Assembly: GCF_000143415.4 (NCBI RefSeq)
Contig: NW_003314361.1
Span: 427,115-491,114 of the forward strand
Length of the DNA stretch: 64,000 bases
Direction of reading: 5' to 3'
DNA from: Selaginella moellendorffii
Lineage: Eukaryota; Plantae; Lycopodiophyta
In this document: positions 27,132 to 37,855 of the stretch, piece after piece
Layout of the letters: each line of letters starts with the position of its first letter
How positions within the stretch are numbered: the first letter of the stretch is position 1
Notes under the pieces: generated by a model
What the model was told of the DNA's origin: nothing
The model's input: only the letters and a program-made list of their open reading frames with translations
Databases searched by the model: none
Position numbers and translations under genes: made by a program

Positions 27132-28292
27132 TGTAAGCCACAAATTTTTCCTTTCCAATTTGCCAGCTTACCTCGTCTATCCGTCCAACACTACCTTGGT
27201 TTTTGCTAAGTTCCTTTGCCAAGGTTCTCGCCTATAGTACCAGCTCCTACTTGGTCTCAGCTACTCACTACACGAGCAACGGAGTGTTAGCCATCCATCC
27301 ACGGATTCCCAAATCACTCCCAATCCCCCTCCCCGGGTTAGACTGGACTTAAGGTTTGGCTATACTCCCCGCAAGCACAAGCAGCCAAGCACACCAAGCT
27401 TCCAGGTTCCTAACATCCCTTGGTACCACAAGACTTGATCATGGGACCCTCTAAATCCCAAGTCTTGAGTGCAACACTTGCTTCGGGACGCCGGGGTGAA
27501 ACACCGTGGCCTAAGCGGCCCGGTGTGGGTACCTCTACCCCCCCACTTCCATCCCGAAGAAAGGCCCAAGCCCTTAGGAAGGGCGAGGACCAATGAGCCG
27601 CATGGTACTCAAGTGGGGCACCACTCCACATGAGCCGGGAGCACCGCAATCGGTTTCCCTTTCGAGAGTGGGAGCTACTCTTAAGCACTTCCTTGGATGG
27701 CCCCTCCGGCACCAACCAAGTCCATGCTCACTCCCACCCAAGGTCCCTCGGTCTCAATCCCAACCTCAAGTCAGTTTGGGAGCCCCACTGGAGAGTCCCT
27801 TCTAAACTGGTTCCTGGACCTCACTATCCCTACTATACTTTTGGAACCCCCTGCAGCCCCCCCCCCCTGGGAGACGCACACTTTGGGCTTTCACCCCTTG
27901 ACCCGTATTAGTATTTGGACTTAGTCTCTGGCTTGATCTCGGACCCGATTTCGGATCCGACTTCGGATTCGGTCTCGGACTCGATCTCGGACTCGATCTC
28001 GGACCCGATCTCAGACCCGATCTCAGACCCGACCTCGGACTCGACCTCGGACTCGGTCTCGGACCCGATTTCGGATCTCGGACTCCGTCTCGAACTCGGT
28101 CTCGAACTCGGACTCGAACTCGGTCCCCGAGTCGGTCTCGGACTCAATTCCGGACTCTATCTTGAACTCGGTCCTAGAGTCGGTCTTGGACTCGATTTTC
28201 AACTTGGTCCCATCCGATGAACTCTTTGTCATTTTGGTCATGCTTTCGGGGTTCCTTTAGCCTACGACATCTCGGCGAGTTGATTCCTTACA
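27132..28292. mobile_element. Solo LTR (family B, ~1.16 kb) inserted in an LTR-A
   Basis: Termini TGTAAG...CTTACA form a perfect 6-bp inverted repeat. TSD GCTAA (27127-27131) / GCTAG (28293-28297). The host LTR-A sequence resumes afterwards. Confidence 0.85.
27920..28210. repeat. Degenerate 6/12-bp minisatellite (TCGGAC/TCGATC)
   Basis: Repeated TCTCGGACTCGA/TCTCGGACCCGA units that generate spurious SD/SE-rich ORFs. Confidence 0.9.
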
Positions 28293-28667
28293 GCTAGATA
28301 GTTTAGGATTGTTCTAGGTCGTTCTGTGCTCTTGTCCCTTCACTCCTTGGGTTGTATGCTCGAGAGTCGTTTCATGCTCTAATTCCATTGCTTCTTGGCT
28401 CCATGTTTGGAGTTTGGCACTGTTCCTTCATTCAGTGGCCCAAGGCCCTGAAACTCAGGTTCCGAACCACTCTCCTTTGGACACATAACATGTGACATGT
28501 GGCATATGACATGTGGCATATGGAAGGTTTAGGTTCCGCTTCATGGTTATCCTATGGTAAATCATTATAGGATAAAGGGTAAAAACCACGTGCGCTACAA
28601 GGGGTGTGGTCATGTAAACTACGTAATCTATCGACAAAGATATTGATCTTCTCTAAGGGGGTGAGAA

Positions 28668-30510
28668 TGTTGCGAATATGACTTCGAGTATCGAAAGATA
28701 TTTGTCGGCCAATCCTTATGGACACTTTCTCCTTATTGCCATAACGGCAAGAGGTCGGTATTGTTGGTTCCCTTTATTAGCCTCTCTTGTCCAAGTGTTA
28801 GTAAACTGCACTTAGCATTTGTATTTAGTCAGATGAGTATAAGGATGGAATTCCTAAGTGTCTACTTAGCCAAGCATACTTGGTGCGGCTTATTAATTTT
28901 CTTTTGCTTTGTCTTACATTGTCTTGGCAAGAACCCTTGTGTATTGAGATTAGTCCCTCAATATCGCTGCATGATAGCTTACCGTGTCTGCCAAACACCC
29001 TCGCTATCATGGCCTTTGTGTTAGTTTTATTTCAGCCCCAAATGCTATTTATGGGAAGTTTTTAGATTTGCTCATTTAGCATATTTACAGAATGTAGAGA
29101 TTGTCTTGAACACAATAGTGTTCATCCCTTATCCAAATTCACAATCTAGAGATATTCTATATTTAGTAAGTTTCAAGCTTGTCTAAGAGATTAACTACTA
29201 ATACTAAGGGAGGCTTGGGGAGAAAGCCCAAAGCATATGTTCTTCAAGGGGGGGGGGGGGGGGGTCCAAATATATAGTAAAGATAGTGGTTGGAATGCAT
29301 GTCCAACCACCTGAGATATTAGTTTGGCTCCTGTGGGTTGTGTTGCTCTTTGTTTTGCATTCAGCTTAGGTCTAAGCTCAAGTTCCATGCTGCTCTAGTC
29401 AGTGGGGTACCCTCCTCCTTGCATTAGGCCACTAGTATGCCAAAATTGTGCCAAACACTGTCTGACACCATTTTACGTGCAGATGTTAAATACGGAGAGC
29501 TGGTGTTTGTGGGATTGTATTGGACCCTCATTTTGTAATGTAATGGGTTTGGAGTTTGGCTCCAAATTCATGTGCGTTACAGTTGTATTTAGTATGTGGT
29601 GTTGAATTACATTAAGTCTTGGATGTGGTGATTTACTCCTTGATGATGTGTTATTTATAATTGAGTATTACTAAAACTTTAGTCTCGAATACTAAATAAA
29701 ATATCTTCAACTTTGGTTGGCTTGGTTGCTAGAGAGTTTTAGATAGTGTTTCACTCTTGCTTTCTATTAGTTTTGTTATGGTGTTGATACCAATAAAGTG
29801 ATGCTTTGTCATTAACATTGTTGATATTGAAATTAGAGTGAGATAAAGTGTCTCTTTGTAAAATTAATATTGAGTTTCATTAGTCTTAATACAGATAATG
29901 TTAATAATGTGGCTGTAGCTTTATGTTATTAGCATTCATATATTTACTAGTTAGCAATTATGTTAGTGTGCAAATGAGCTGAGTAGTAAGTTGAGTTAGT
30001 TGTGTTCTAAACAAGATTGTTTAGTAAAGGTTGAGTTTGAGCTTTTCCTTGAAAAGTGATTTAATCGTGGATTATACTAACTTTATAAGAGGAAAATTTA
30101 TTGATTGATATTGAAGATGTTGGTTTTTTATTAGATTTGATTTGGGATATATTGATCATTAATGATTCTTTTTGTGTTTGTTATAAAGTGAGTTACATCT
30201 TATTATGTATAGATGGATTCATGGAGGATCTTTTGGAAATCACTTGTTGAGTATAACTTCATTATGCTTAGATTTTGGATTGATGTAAATATACTCTTGA
30301 TTAGCTTTTGTATTATAAAATTTAGTTTATGAATATGTTAAAGAGGATATTGTGGGTTGTATTATGATTTCTTCTTTAGCATTAAAGCTAGTTTATGTGA
30401 GACTTATGATCATTGTTAGGCAAGATTTGGTTATAGGCTTTTTCAAACTTTTAGTCCTTTGATTTTTATGCTCATTATTCCATTTATTAGGAGTTGTTAG
30501 AGAAGGCAAT
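28668..30510 (+). mobile_element. 3' LTR (family A variant) of the chromovirus, followed by a decayed LARD-type internal fragment
   Basis: PPT AAGGGGGTGAGAA then TGTTGCGAATATGACTTCG. 29620-30505 is the reverse complement of 20600-21480. Confidence 0.7.
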
Positions 30511-31716
30511 CCAACACCAAACTACTCAAGGAGCAATAGCAAGGTTCCCTAGAAAAACAAATTAAGCATTGTAACTCAAAGCTTCCAATAGTAAGCCTAA
30601 ACAAAATGTTTTAGCGCTTTACCACTATCCATTCCACAACTCACCACTTGTAAGACCATCATACCCAACATGCATCAAGATAGGAACTCTTGATTGCACA
30701 ATGTGAACATAAGCAATGTGTCATACCTCATTGTGAATCATCTCTCCAAAGAGAGAAATGATTTACGTGTTTGATCCTTCGTCCTTAACGACTATCTTTT
30801 CAATCTCATTTTTGATTAAACTTTAAGTTTGCTTTTGCACTACCTTCAGTCCAATCCAAAAAAAGTTTATGAGAGAGCACGATAATGACTACTTGAATCA
30901 ATAGACTAATCCCTACAGTTTTGATCGTTTCACTTGTAATCATGCCTAGGAAGGATCCACTAGTGCCATACTAAACAGCTATAAACTAGTTTATTTGCCA
31001 CTCATAGCAAACCCAGGGAGGTTTGCTTTCACCTATAGTACAAGGAACAACTTATGGAACCACCGAGAGGCTAATATTAATTCTGCCAACTCAAAGAGTA
31101 ACCTTGAGTTGCTAATATACCTCACTCACGAGCCTAAGCACAAACTCGTGTTAAACGGAACAACTCAATCCCTTTTATGAGCCAAGAGCAAACTCATATT
31201 ATCACGGTACAAAAAGGTAACAAAAACCATACCCAAGGAAAGATTGTGAAGCCTTTGCACCAAAACGTGTACCCACTCAGATCATCATTTTCATCTTTGC
31301 ATATGCAACGAGACTAGTTGCCCAATCTCATTGGATAACACTCACTAAGATGTATCCTTTAATACCAAATGTAGCACACGTGGTTTTGACCCTTTATCCT
31401 ATGGTGATTTACCATAGGATAACACCACGAAGCGGAACCTAAACCCTTTTTATGCCACGTGACATATGCCATGTGTCCAAAGGACAATGGTGTGGAACCC
31501 GAGGTTCAGGAACTTGGGTTCCCAAGCATGGAGCCAAGAAGTGACGGAATTGGATCACGGAGCAACTCCTGAGCATACAGCCCAAGGAGAGAAGGGACAA
31601 GAGCCTGGAGCGACTTAGAATAGTCCTAGAGTAACCAGCATCCTATTGCCAGGACCAGCATGCAAAACGGGGCCAAACGGAGTCTAGCGCTATTTTGGCA
31701 TACCGGTGGCCTAATG
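30510..31716 (-). mobile_element. Family-A element: 3' part of the 5' LTR (31370-31716; remainder at 43482-43808), PBS and start of internal region
   Basis: Reads on - as ...CCACGTGTGCTACA|TTTGGTATTAAAGG, i.e. LTR end followed by a tRNA-iMet-like PBS. This LTR is the target of the Mutator-like insertion. Confidence 0.8.
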
Positions 31717-32072
31717 GGGGATGGTCCAAAGTTGAGTTGAGCTCATGAGTTGAGCTCAATTCAACACAAGTCAACTCAAGTCAACATAGTCAATAAGAAA
31801 TATTACAAAGGAGATCTAAATTGAACAAATGAAGGTTCTAGCAAACTTTAAAATATTAAAATACGTAAATATCTAAGTTAAAAGTTTCTATAAGATTGAA
31901 TTGTTTAAAAAAGACAAAGTTCATGAGAACCTATCTTTTATAAAACTATATTATTTTATTATGACAACTGTTACAGCTGTCATATTTGATTTGACTACTT
32001 AATATTTTGAATACTTTTACAGCTGTAGATACTATTCCTTCATTCAAAAGAGTTTTTAGGGTTCTTGAGAAG

Positions 32073-32321
32073 ATGGGAAGCAAGGAAAATACAAGATCTG
32101 TGAGTAAGAGTTGTAGTGCAAAGGAATGTGAGAATGTTAATTTTGTTTCACTACCACAATCTCCATATTACACTCCTGGTCTTTATTACCCATCTGGGAA
32201 TGTGGAGACCACTATCACGATTGATAAAAATGCTCCTGTTACTTCTGAAACAACAGTCCAGAGCAAGAGAAATGAAGAAATGAACAGCACAGCGGAAAGC
32301 ACCAAGAAATCTACTCCATAA
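32073..32321 (+). CDS. Small hypothetical protein (82 aa) inside the MULE
   Basis: ATG-initiated open frame MGSKENTRSV...STKKSTP* in an AT-rich context. No recognisable motif. Confidence 0.3.
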   Translation: MGSKENTRSVSKSCSAKECENVNFVSLPQSPYYTPGLYYPSGNVETTITIDKNAPVTSETTVQSKRNEEMNSTAESTKKSTP

Positions 32322-32796
32322 AACTTTCTATGACATTTGTAATTTACATATTAATTCATATTAAAAACTCTATTGCTTGCCTATATCGCAATCCTCTCAT
32401 ATGATAAGACCAAGGTATATTTTGCAGTGAATCCTCATTAAAAGTTTTTGGGAATTGTTTGTAAATAATGATAAAAGAAATCAAAATCTTTCGAAAGACT
32501 CAAAAGTAATATCACATCAAAGAATCAACTTTATCTACACTTCCAAGACTAAAAGGCAATCTCACATGAGAGAATGGTAGCGTGCCAACGTGCTCTACCA
32601 CTATAATGTGGTCTATATTTCCTTGCAATTTATTTCCGTAGACATTTGGCATGTGTAGAAAAGAATATATGTGTAGCAAAGTAGGATTCATCATAATGAT
32701 AGAGCATGTGTATACACGATAATCTAAAATTCTAGAAGCTCTTATGTTTACAAGAAAGCTATGATTATGAAGCCCCATTTCCAAGACTGACATTTA

Positions 32797-32938
32797 AAGA
32801 ATCTGAGTATTGTCAGTGTCATAATAAATAAACCTCATTCCCAAGAATCTGAGTAATGTCAGTGTCATAATAAATAAACCTCGTTCCCAAGAATCTGAGT
32901 ATTGTCAGTGTCATAATAAATAAACCGCATTCCCAAGA
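32797..32938. repeat. 3 x 46-bp tandem repeat containing TGTCAGTGTCA, just upstream of the TATA box of the 33027 gene
   Basis: Unit AAGAATCTGAGTATTGTCAGTGTCATAATAAATAAACCTCATTCCC at 32797, 32843 and 32889; TATATAAA at ~32950. Confidence 0.92.
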
Positions 32939-33026
32939 CTAAAACTTAGTATATAAACTATCTAGAAAAGTTATAGTCATTGTAGGTTTTTTGTTCTCCT
33001 TGAGCTCCTTAGAAGTTTATATTGAA

Positions 33027-33572
33027 ATGGCTCAAAGGAGACCCATTGCTAATCGTACTTGGCCCCCCAGCATTTCATATCAATCTCCACCTCCATCCCC
33101 AAGTTCTACCAACATTCCACCTTCACCTCTACGTAACAATCCTTTTTCTGCTGAGGGCTCTAGTGAAGCTGAATTAGAGCTCCCTATATGTGAAATTCCG
33201 GATCTTGCTACTAGAGAGGGATTGCCTTTAGCGCTTCAAGAGCAATGCCACATGTTTTTGCAAGATCTTGCTCCTGACATGGCAGGACTACTTGAAAGCA
33301 CAGAACGCTATTACATTCGGTGTCCAATATGCTACTTTTTCTTGGACAAGACAAATGGCTCTATGGGTTTACAAACTTTTCTTGAGCATTGTAAGAATTG
33401 CCCAACGGCAGGTCTGGAAAATGTGCACATGTGGATGTACAATAGATTCAAGAATGAGTTACAGACACATACCCACTATCGCTTCATGGTGAGGAACAAC
33501 ATCCCCTTGGGAAACACTACATTGGCTAGTGCAAAATATGGGGTTTTTAGGCCACCCTATAGTGGAATGTAA
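33027..33572 (+). CDS. Small zinc-finger protein, zf-XS (SGS3-like) candidate, paralog 1
   Basis: Intact single-exon ORF with a Pro/Ser-rich N-terminus, then CPICYFFLDKTNGSMGLQTFLEHCKNCPTAGLENVHMWMYNRFKNEL. It follows the SGS3 zf-XS pattern CPAC...GLQPL..HA......LH......EEL. The family assignment is by eye. Confidence 0.6.
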   Translation: MAQRRPIANRTWPPSISYQSPPPSPSSTNIPPSPLRNNPFSAEGSSEAELELPICEIPDLATREGLPLALQEQCHMFLQDLAPDMAGLLESTERYYIRCPICYFFLDKTNGSMGLQTFLEHCKNCPTAGLENVHMWMYNRFKNELQTHTHYRFMVRNNIPLGNTTLASAKYGVFRPPYSGM

Positions 33573-33783
33573 GATCTAGAATTACTTTACTATACTATAG
33601 TATTGTCACTATTAAAAGAAAAAATATAATAAAATGATATTAGTTGTAGGTAACATACCTTGTTCTAGAAGGTGCTATCATATCATATACAATTGTTTAC
33701 AAAATGTTGAAGGAGGAGATGGCAACACACAAACGCTACAAAGTGATGGTGACAGGTGAGAATGATAATCTATAATTATGGTA

Positions 33784-33863
33784 TCTGACACTGACATTGA
33801 CATCTGACAATTTTACTGACATCTGACAATTTTACTGACATCTGACACTTTCACTGACATCTA
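33784..33863. repeat. Array of (C)TGACA motifs including a 19-bp tandem unit
   Basis: CTGACACTGACATTGACATCTGACAATTTTACTGACATCTGACAATTTTACTGACATCTGACACTTTTCACTGACATC lies between two convergent genes. Confidence 0.9.
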
Positions 33864-33900
33864 ACATATAACAAGCTTTCCATTTTATGTAAGGATGCAA

Positions 33901-36900
33901 TTAACTTTCTTCTGCCTCATCATCAACATAATGATTTCTTTTATACTTCCTCCTATAGTGGTATTGTGGGGAAGATTCACCTTGCATATGTTGAGCCATG
34001 GCTTCTGCATAGTCAGGGAGACTTCCAAAGCCTCCAATTCTAGAAACTCCAGGTGATTGTGATCTATAAAATAGAATGAAATATATATTGAAATTTTAAT
34101 AAACATAATTTACCTCCTTGAGGTTGAAGGCAACTCACGAAATCCTCTGAGCCGGCGTTTGAAGAAATGATGTTCTTCAATAGCAAACACCGACCTACCA
34201 GAGTCACGTGCTGCCTCCACCATAGAACCACTACCTACTGTGCAATCAATCACAATACCATCTGGTGGGCAATAGAGCTCAAGCAAGACTTGCATTGCTG
34301 ATGGAGTTCGGAATCGGTACCCTGGAAACGTGTTGCGGATCTGCTCATCCACAAGGTTGGGTATGATGTTAGTGGAACTGTCGTACCCAGGCAAAACACG
34401 TGCTGCACGTTCACTATCACGAAACCCATCATGTGTGTTTCTGCAGAAGGCATGATAGGTCCACATCATAACCTGGAAAATAAAAATGTTTAGAAATTAG
34501 ATAAAAATATAAAATACATACTTACCTTTTCAGGCTTCCCTTGGACGCCCCTCGTATCAACGCCAATAGGATCCATAATGCACCCGGAAGAGAATGACTT
34601 GAAATGAACTTCTGCTGCACACGTCATAAGCTCATACATCCAGTTGGGGTCATTCGGTAGGATGAAGACGACATGGCCAGCTTCGAGCATAAGTACTTCA
34701 GACAATAGGAATGCATCGCGCAAGTGGTCAGGTGTGAGAAAGTTCCAATCCTCAACTTTCCCATCGATATCTGAAAGACCATCTGGAAAGTCGAAGAGAA
34801 TGAAGTCCGCAACTGGGAGCACGGGCCTTTGTATCTTTCGGCACCAACGGTTGGACTGGCGGCGTATATCCATGTTGATGTCGTCTTCCGTGAAAGATGT
34901 CAATAATCTACTGTAAGAGCCAATGAAGATACCCACAATGCCTCGTTGTGTTATTGGGGACACAGGACGGACCTATAAAAGAGCTAAGTGAATGAAAAAA
35001 GTAATAAATAGTATGATACCGTCATATGGCGTGTTGTCGATGAGAGTTCCTCCAACTCCTCTTCACGAGCATCTCGTCGAGCTGGAATGAAATTACTGCC
35101 AACAGTCATTGCTGCAAAAAACATGTATTACCACCTTTAGTTTGTAAAATTCACTTTTGCTTACCTCGAGGTCGACGTGATATTCTGTGAACCACTTGAT
35201 CATCGTTATTTACTGGTAAAACCTGATCCGGATCTTGGTTGTTTGATGGTTGAATTGGAGCCTGTTCCTGACTGTCTGGTGGTGGAACATGAACTTGATC
35301 TGGAGCTTCCTCATCCTCGTCTCCATCGTCACTTGCATTGCCATCGTTGCTAGCATTGATAATTTCCTCGCAATCTAGTGTAGAGGTCTCCTTCCCTAGG
35401 AGCTCCAACTCCCAAGGGCATTCTATCTTCCGTGCCTTTGGAACTCTCGCAAACATTGTTGGATACATTCCTCCATCTCTTACACCCTTTGCAACAAGTC
35501 GAGTGCAAACTGGTGCCTCAAATGGCATGCCTCTATATCGAAGATACCTGTAAACAATATATTTAAAAAAACAGTCTTAGAAATCATATTATACCTATAA
35601 GCTGCACGTCGCATGAAATAAGGTTGACCATGTTGGCAATCATAAGTTGTTGTGCTTGTAGACTTCTCTGGCAGCCACCCCTCTTCGATCCCTTCCAATG
35701 ACGTGTTGATGTAGGTGTCGAAAGACATGAATGTGCCATCTGGATCGTCACCAATGTGTGGTGCCAAGAACTTCTCACCTTCACTTATAGTTTGCGTGAT
35801 GTAGACAGCCCTTCTCATCATGTTCTCAAATAGTTCTGGCAGTCCTTTCTCTCTGTTCATCAAGCAGACATTGAGGAACTCCAGAGTCTCTATCTGTTGC
35901 TTATATGGAAGCTTCGATTTTGCGATATTGTAAATCATATCATCTGGAATTTTGTTCACTGCAAAAGTAACATATGCATAATTAAAAAAAATGAAGTGTG
36001 ATAAAAAACTTACATTCATGAGAAGAAATTTCGGCTATAGTCTCTAGCCACTCCTTCGGCCTGCGATTGTCTGCAATGCATACTAGTTTCTTCAACTTTG
36101 AGGACTTTGCATGCTGAATTTTGTGCTCAATTTGTACAAACTCAGCTGAGAGCTCTTCCCGACTCTTCTCCGGATATGCAAGTTCGTAAGCATCCTGCTT
36201 GACCTTCACCAAAGGCTAAAAACAAAAATAATTAAAAGAGGCTTTTATAAAATAAAAGGGAAAGACATACCTTACACCACACAGCGAGCATAAAACTGAT
36301 TGGGTTGTTGAACCAAGTTGTACCGTCATTTCGAGTGCGTGAGTGCCGAACAAGTGTTGCGAGATCATCACCATAATGTTGGCGGATGTCATCCTCACTC
36401 AAGTCTGCCAAAAATCGAAGTTGCTCGATGTCATGGACAAGATTTTGTTTTTGAACAGCGAACTGCCCAAGCCTACATTTAAACACAACAAAACAAGTTA
36501 AAGTGGAGTTAGAGGTAAAATTATAAAACTTACGCATTGATCTTTTGGCAGGCCAAGATAAGTCTGTTGACATCCAAAGGTCCCCTCGCGTAGACATGGC
36601 CGACTGGAATGTTGATATGGTAGACAGGATCATCGCGAAAATGATCGTCGATACACTTCATCCAAGCTCCATATCGGTGGTTACCGTCAATAATTTGGAA
36701 CATTGTCCCCGCAAGCTGTCGAGTCTCAGGATGTCTGATAAGCATGTCATCAAATTCTAGGGACTTCCTCCTCCAAATAGGATCCCAGCTATTCACAATC
36801 TCGGGTGTGACAGTAATGATCTCCGTTGTTCCTGGCTTGCAAAAAGAGACTAGAAACATACCGATATTTGTTGCAAGGCCATTCTGTTTGAACAAGCTGT

Positions 36901-37816
36901 ATATATCCGGGTTGACATACTTGGATGTTGTGCGGACAAGGTTCGTCTGCTGCAAACGGCAAAGGGGGATTTCTCTGATCAAGTCACAAGGGCCTGGCCA
37001 CTTGAGCGCCTCAAGTGTTTGGTGAACTGCTTTTTCCCTTGTCCGCATAACAGTCTCTTGGAAGCGCTTGTCCACCACGTTGTCAGGAAGGTCTGCAACT
37101 CTTTCAGCTCTAGGTTGTTCCTCAGGTTCCCTATCGTGAACACCACTAGATTGCCCAACTTCAGGGATTTGCGTTGGTGGTGGTGGCGGTGGTGGCGGGG
37201 GCAAAGGCAATAGTGGCAGTGGTGGTGGCAATGGTGGTGGTGGCGGTGGCGGCGGGGGCAGAGGCAATAGTGGTAGTGGTGGTGGCAAGGGTGGTGGTGG
37301 TGGTGGCGATGGAGGTGGTGGAGGTGGTGATGGAGGTGGTGGAGGTGGCGATGGCGCTGGTGGAGGTGGTGATGGTGGAGGTGATGGTGGTGGAGGTGGT
37401 GAATCTCTATCTAAATGTGTCTCTGTTGTGCCAATGGACATGTCGATTGTGATGTCGTNNNNNNNNNNNNNNNNNNNNNNNNNNNNNNNNNNNNNNNNNN
37501 NNNNNNNNNNNNNNNNNNNNNNNNNNNNNNNNNNNNNNNNNNNNNNNNNNNNNNNNNNNNNNNNNNNNNNNNNNNNNNNNNNNNNNNNNNNNNNNNNNNN
37601 NNNNNNNNNNNNNNNNNNNNNNNNNNNNNNNNNNNNNNNNNNNNNNNNNNNNNNNNNNNNNNNNNNNNNNNNNNNNNNNNNNNNNNNNNNNNNNNNNNNN
37701 NCCGAGGTGGCCCGCCCGAGCTCGACCTCGGCCAGCAAAGAAGCAATCAAGAAAAAAAAGGGAAGAAATGGAATGGAAGTGGAAGCAATCAAATCGAAAC
37801 TCACCCTTGGCGGCAT
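33901..37816 (-). CDS. ParB/Sulfiredoxin-like domain + N6-adenine/N4-cytosine DNA-methyltransferase-fold fusion protein (~9 exons; N-terminus partly in gap)
   Basis: Downstream of the gap all GT-AG introns splice in frame (e.g. 36533-36473, ~36270-36216, ~36013-35959, ~35594-35549, ~35165-35113, ~34525-34473, ~34113-34064). Protein order: poly-Pro; ParB-like FQIIDGNHRYGAW; helical region; acidic linker; ADFILFDFPDG (motif IV position, DPPY-like); ...LLELYCPPDGIVIDCTVGSGSMVEAARDSGRSVFAIEEH (motif I, cf. GD.VLDPF.GSG...AA...GR...GIE); C-terminal YVDDEAEES* (stop at 33901-33903). Confidence 0.8.
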
Positions 37817-37855
37817 CTTTCCTCCCTCGATTTCTTGATCGTGCTAGATTTCTTG

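Larger units (their letters stand above)
18206..28599 (+). mobile_element. Nested LTR element (family A LTRs at 18206-~19293 and 26585-28599) inserted in the chromovirus 3' UTR; non-coding/LARD-like internal region
   Basis: Starts TGTTGCCAATGTGA, ends CGTGCGCTACA. Flanks AAGGG (18201-18205) and AGGGG (28600-28604) fit a 5-bp TSD with one mismatch. PPT AAGGGGGGGAGAG precedes the LTR at 26585. Confidence 0.7.

Noticed and set aside
27908-28241. SE/SD-rich ORFs here and GL/PV-rich ORFs at 44684-45477
   Set aside because: By-products of hexamer minisatellites that are open in several frames.
32797-32938. Regular repeats as a possible CRISPR array
   Set aside because: Units are head-to-tail with no unique spacers, there are no cas genes, and the context is eukaryotic.
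37165-37400. Poly-proline tract as an extensin gene
   Set aside because: It is in frame with the ParB-like domain and lacks a signal peptide; it is a low-complexity N-terminal region of the cargo protein.
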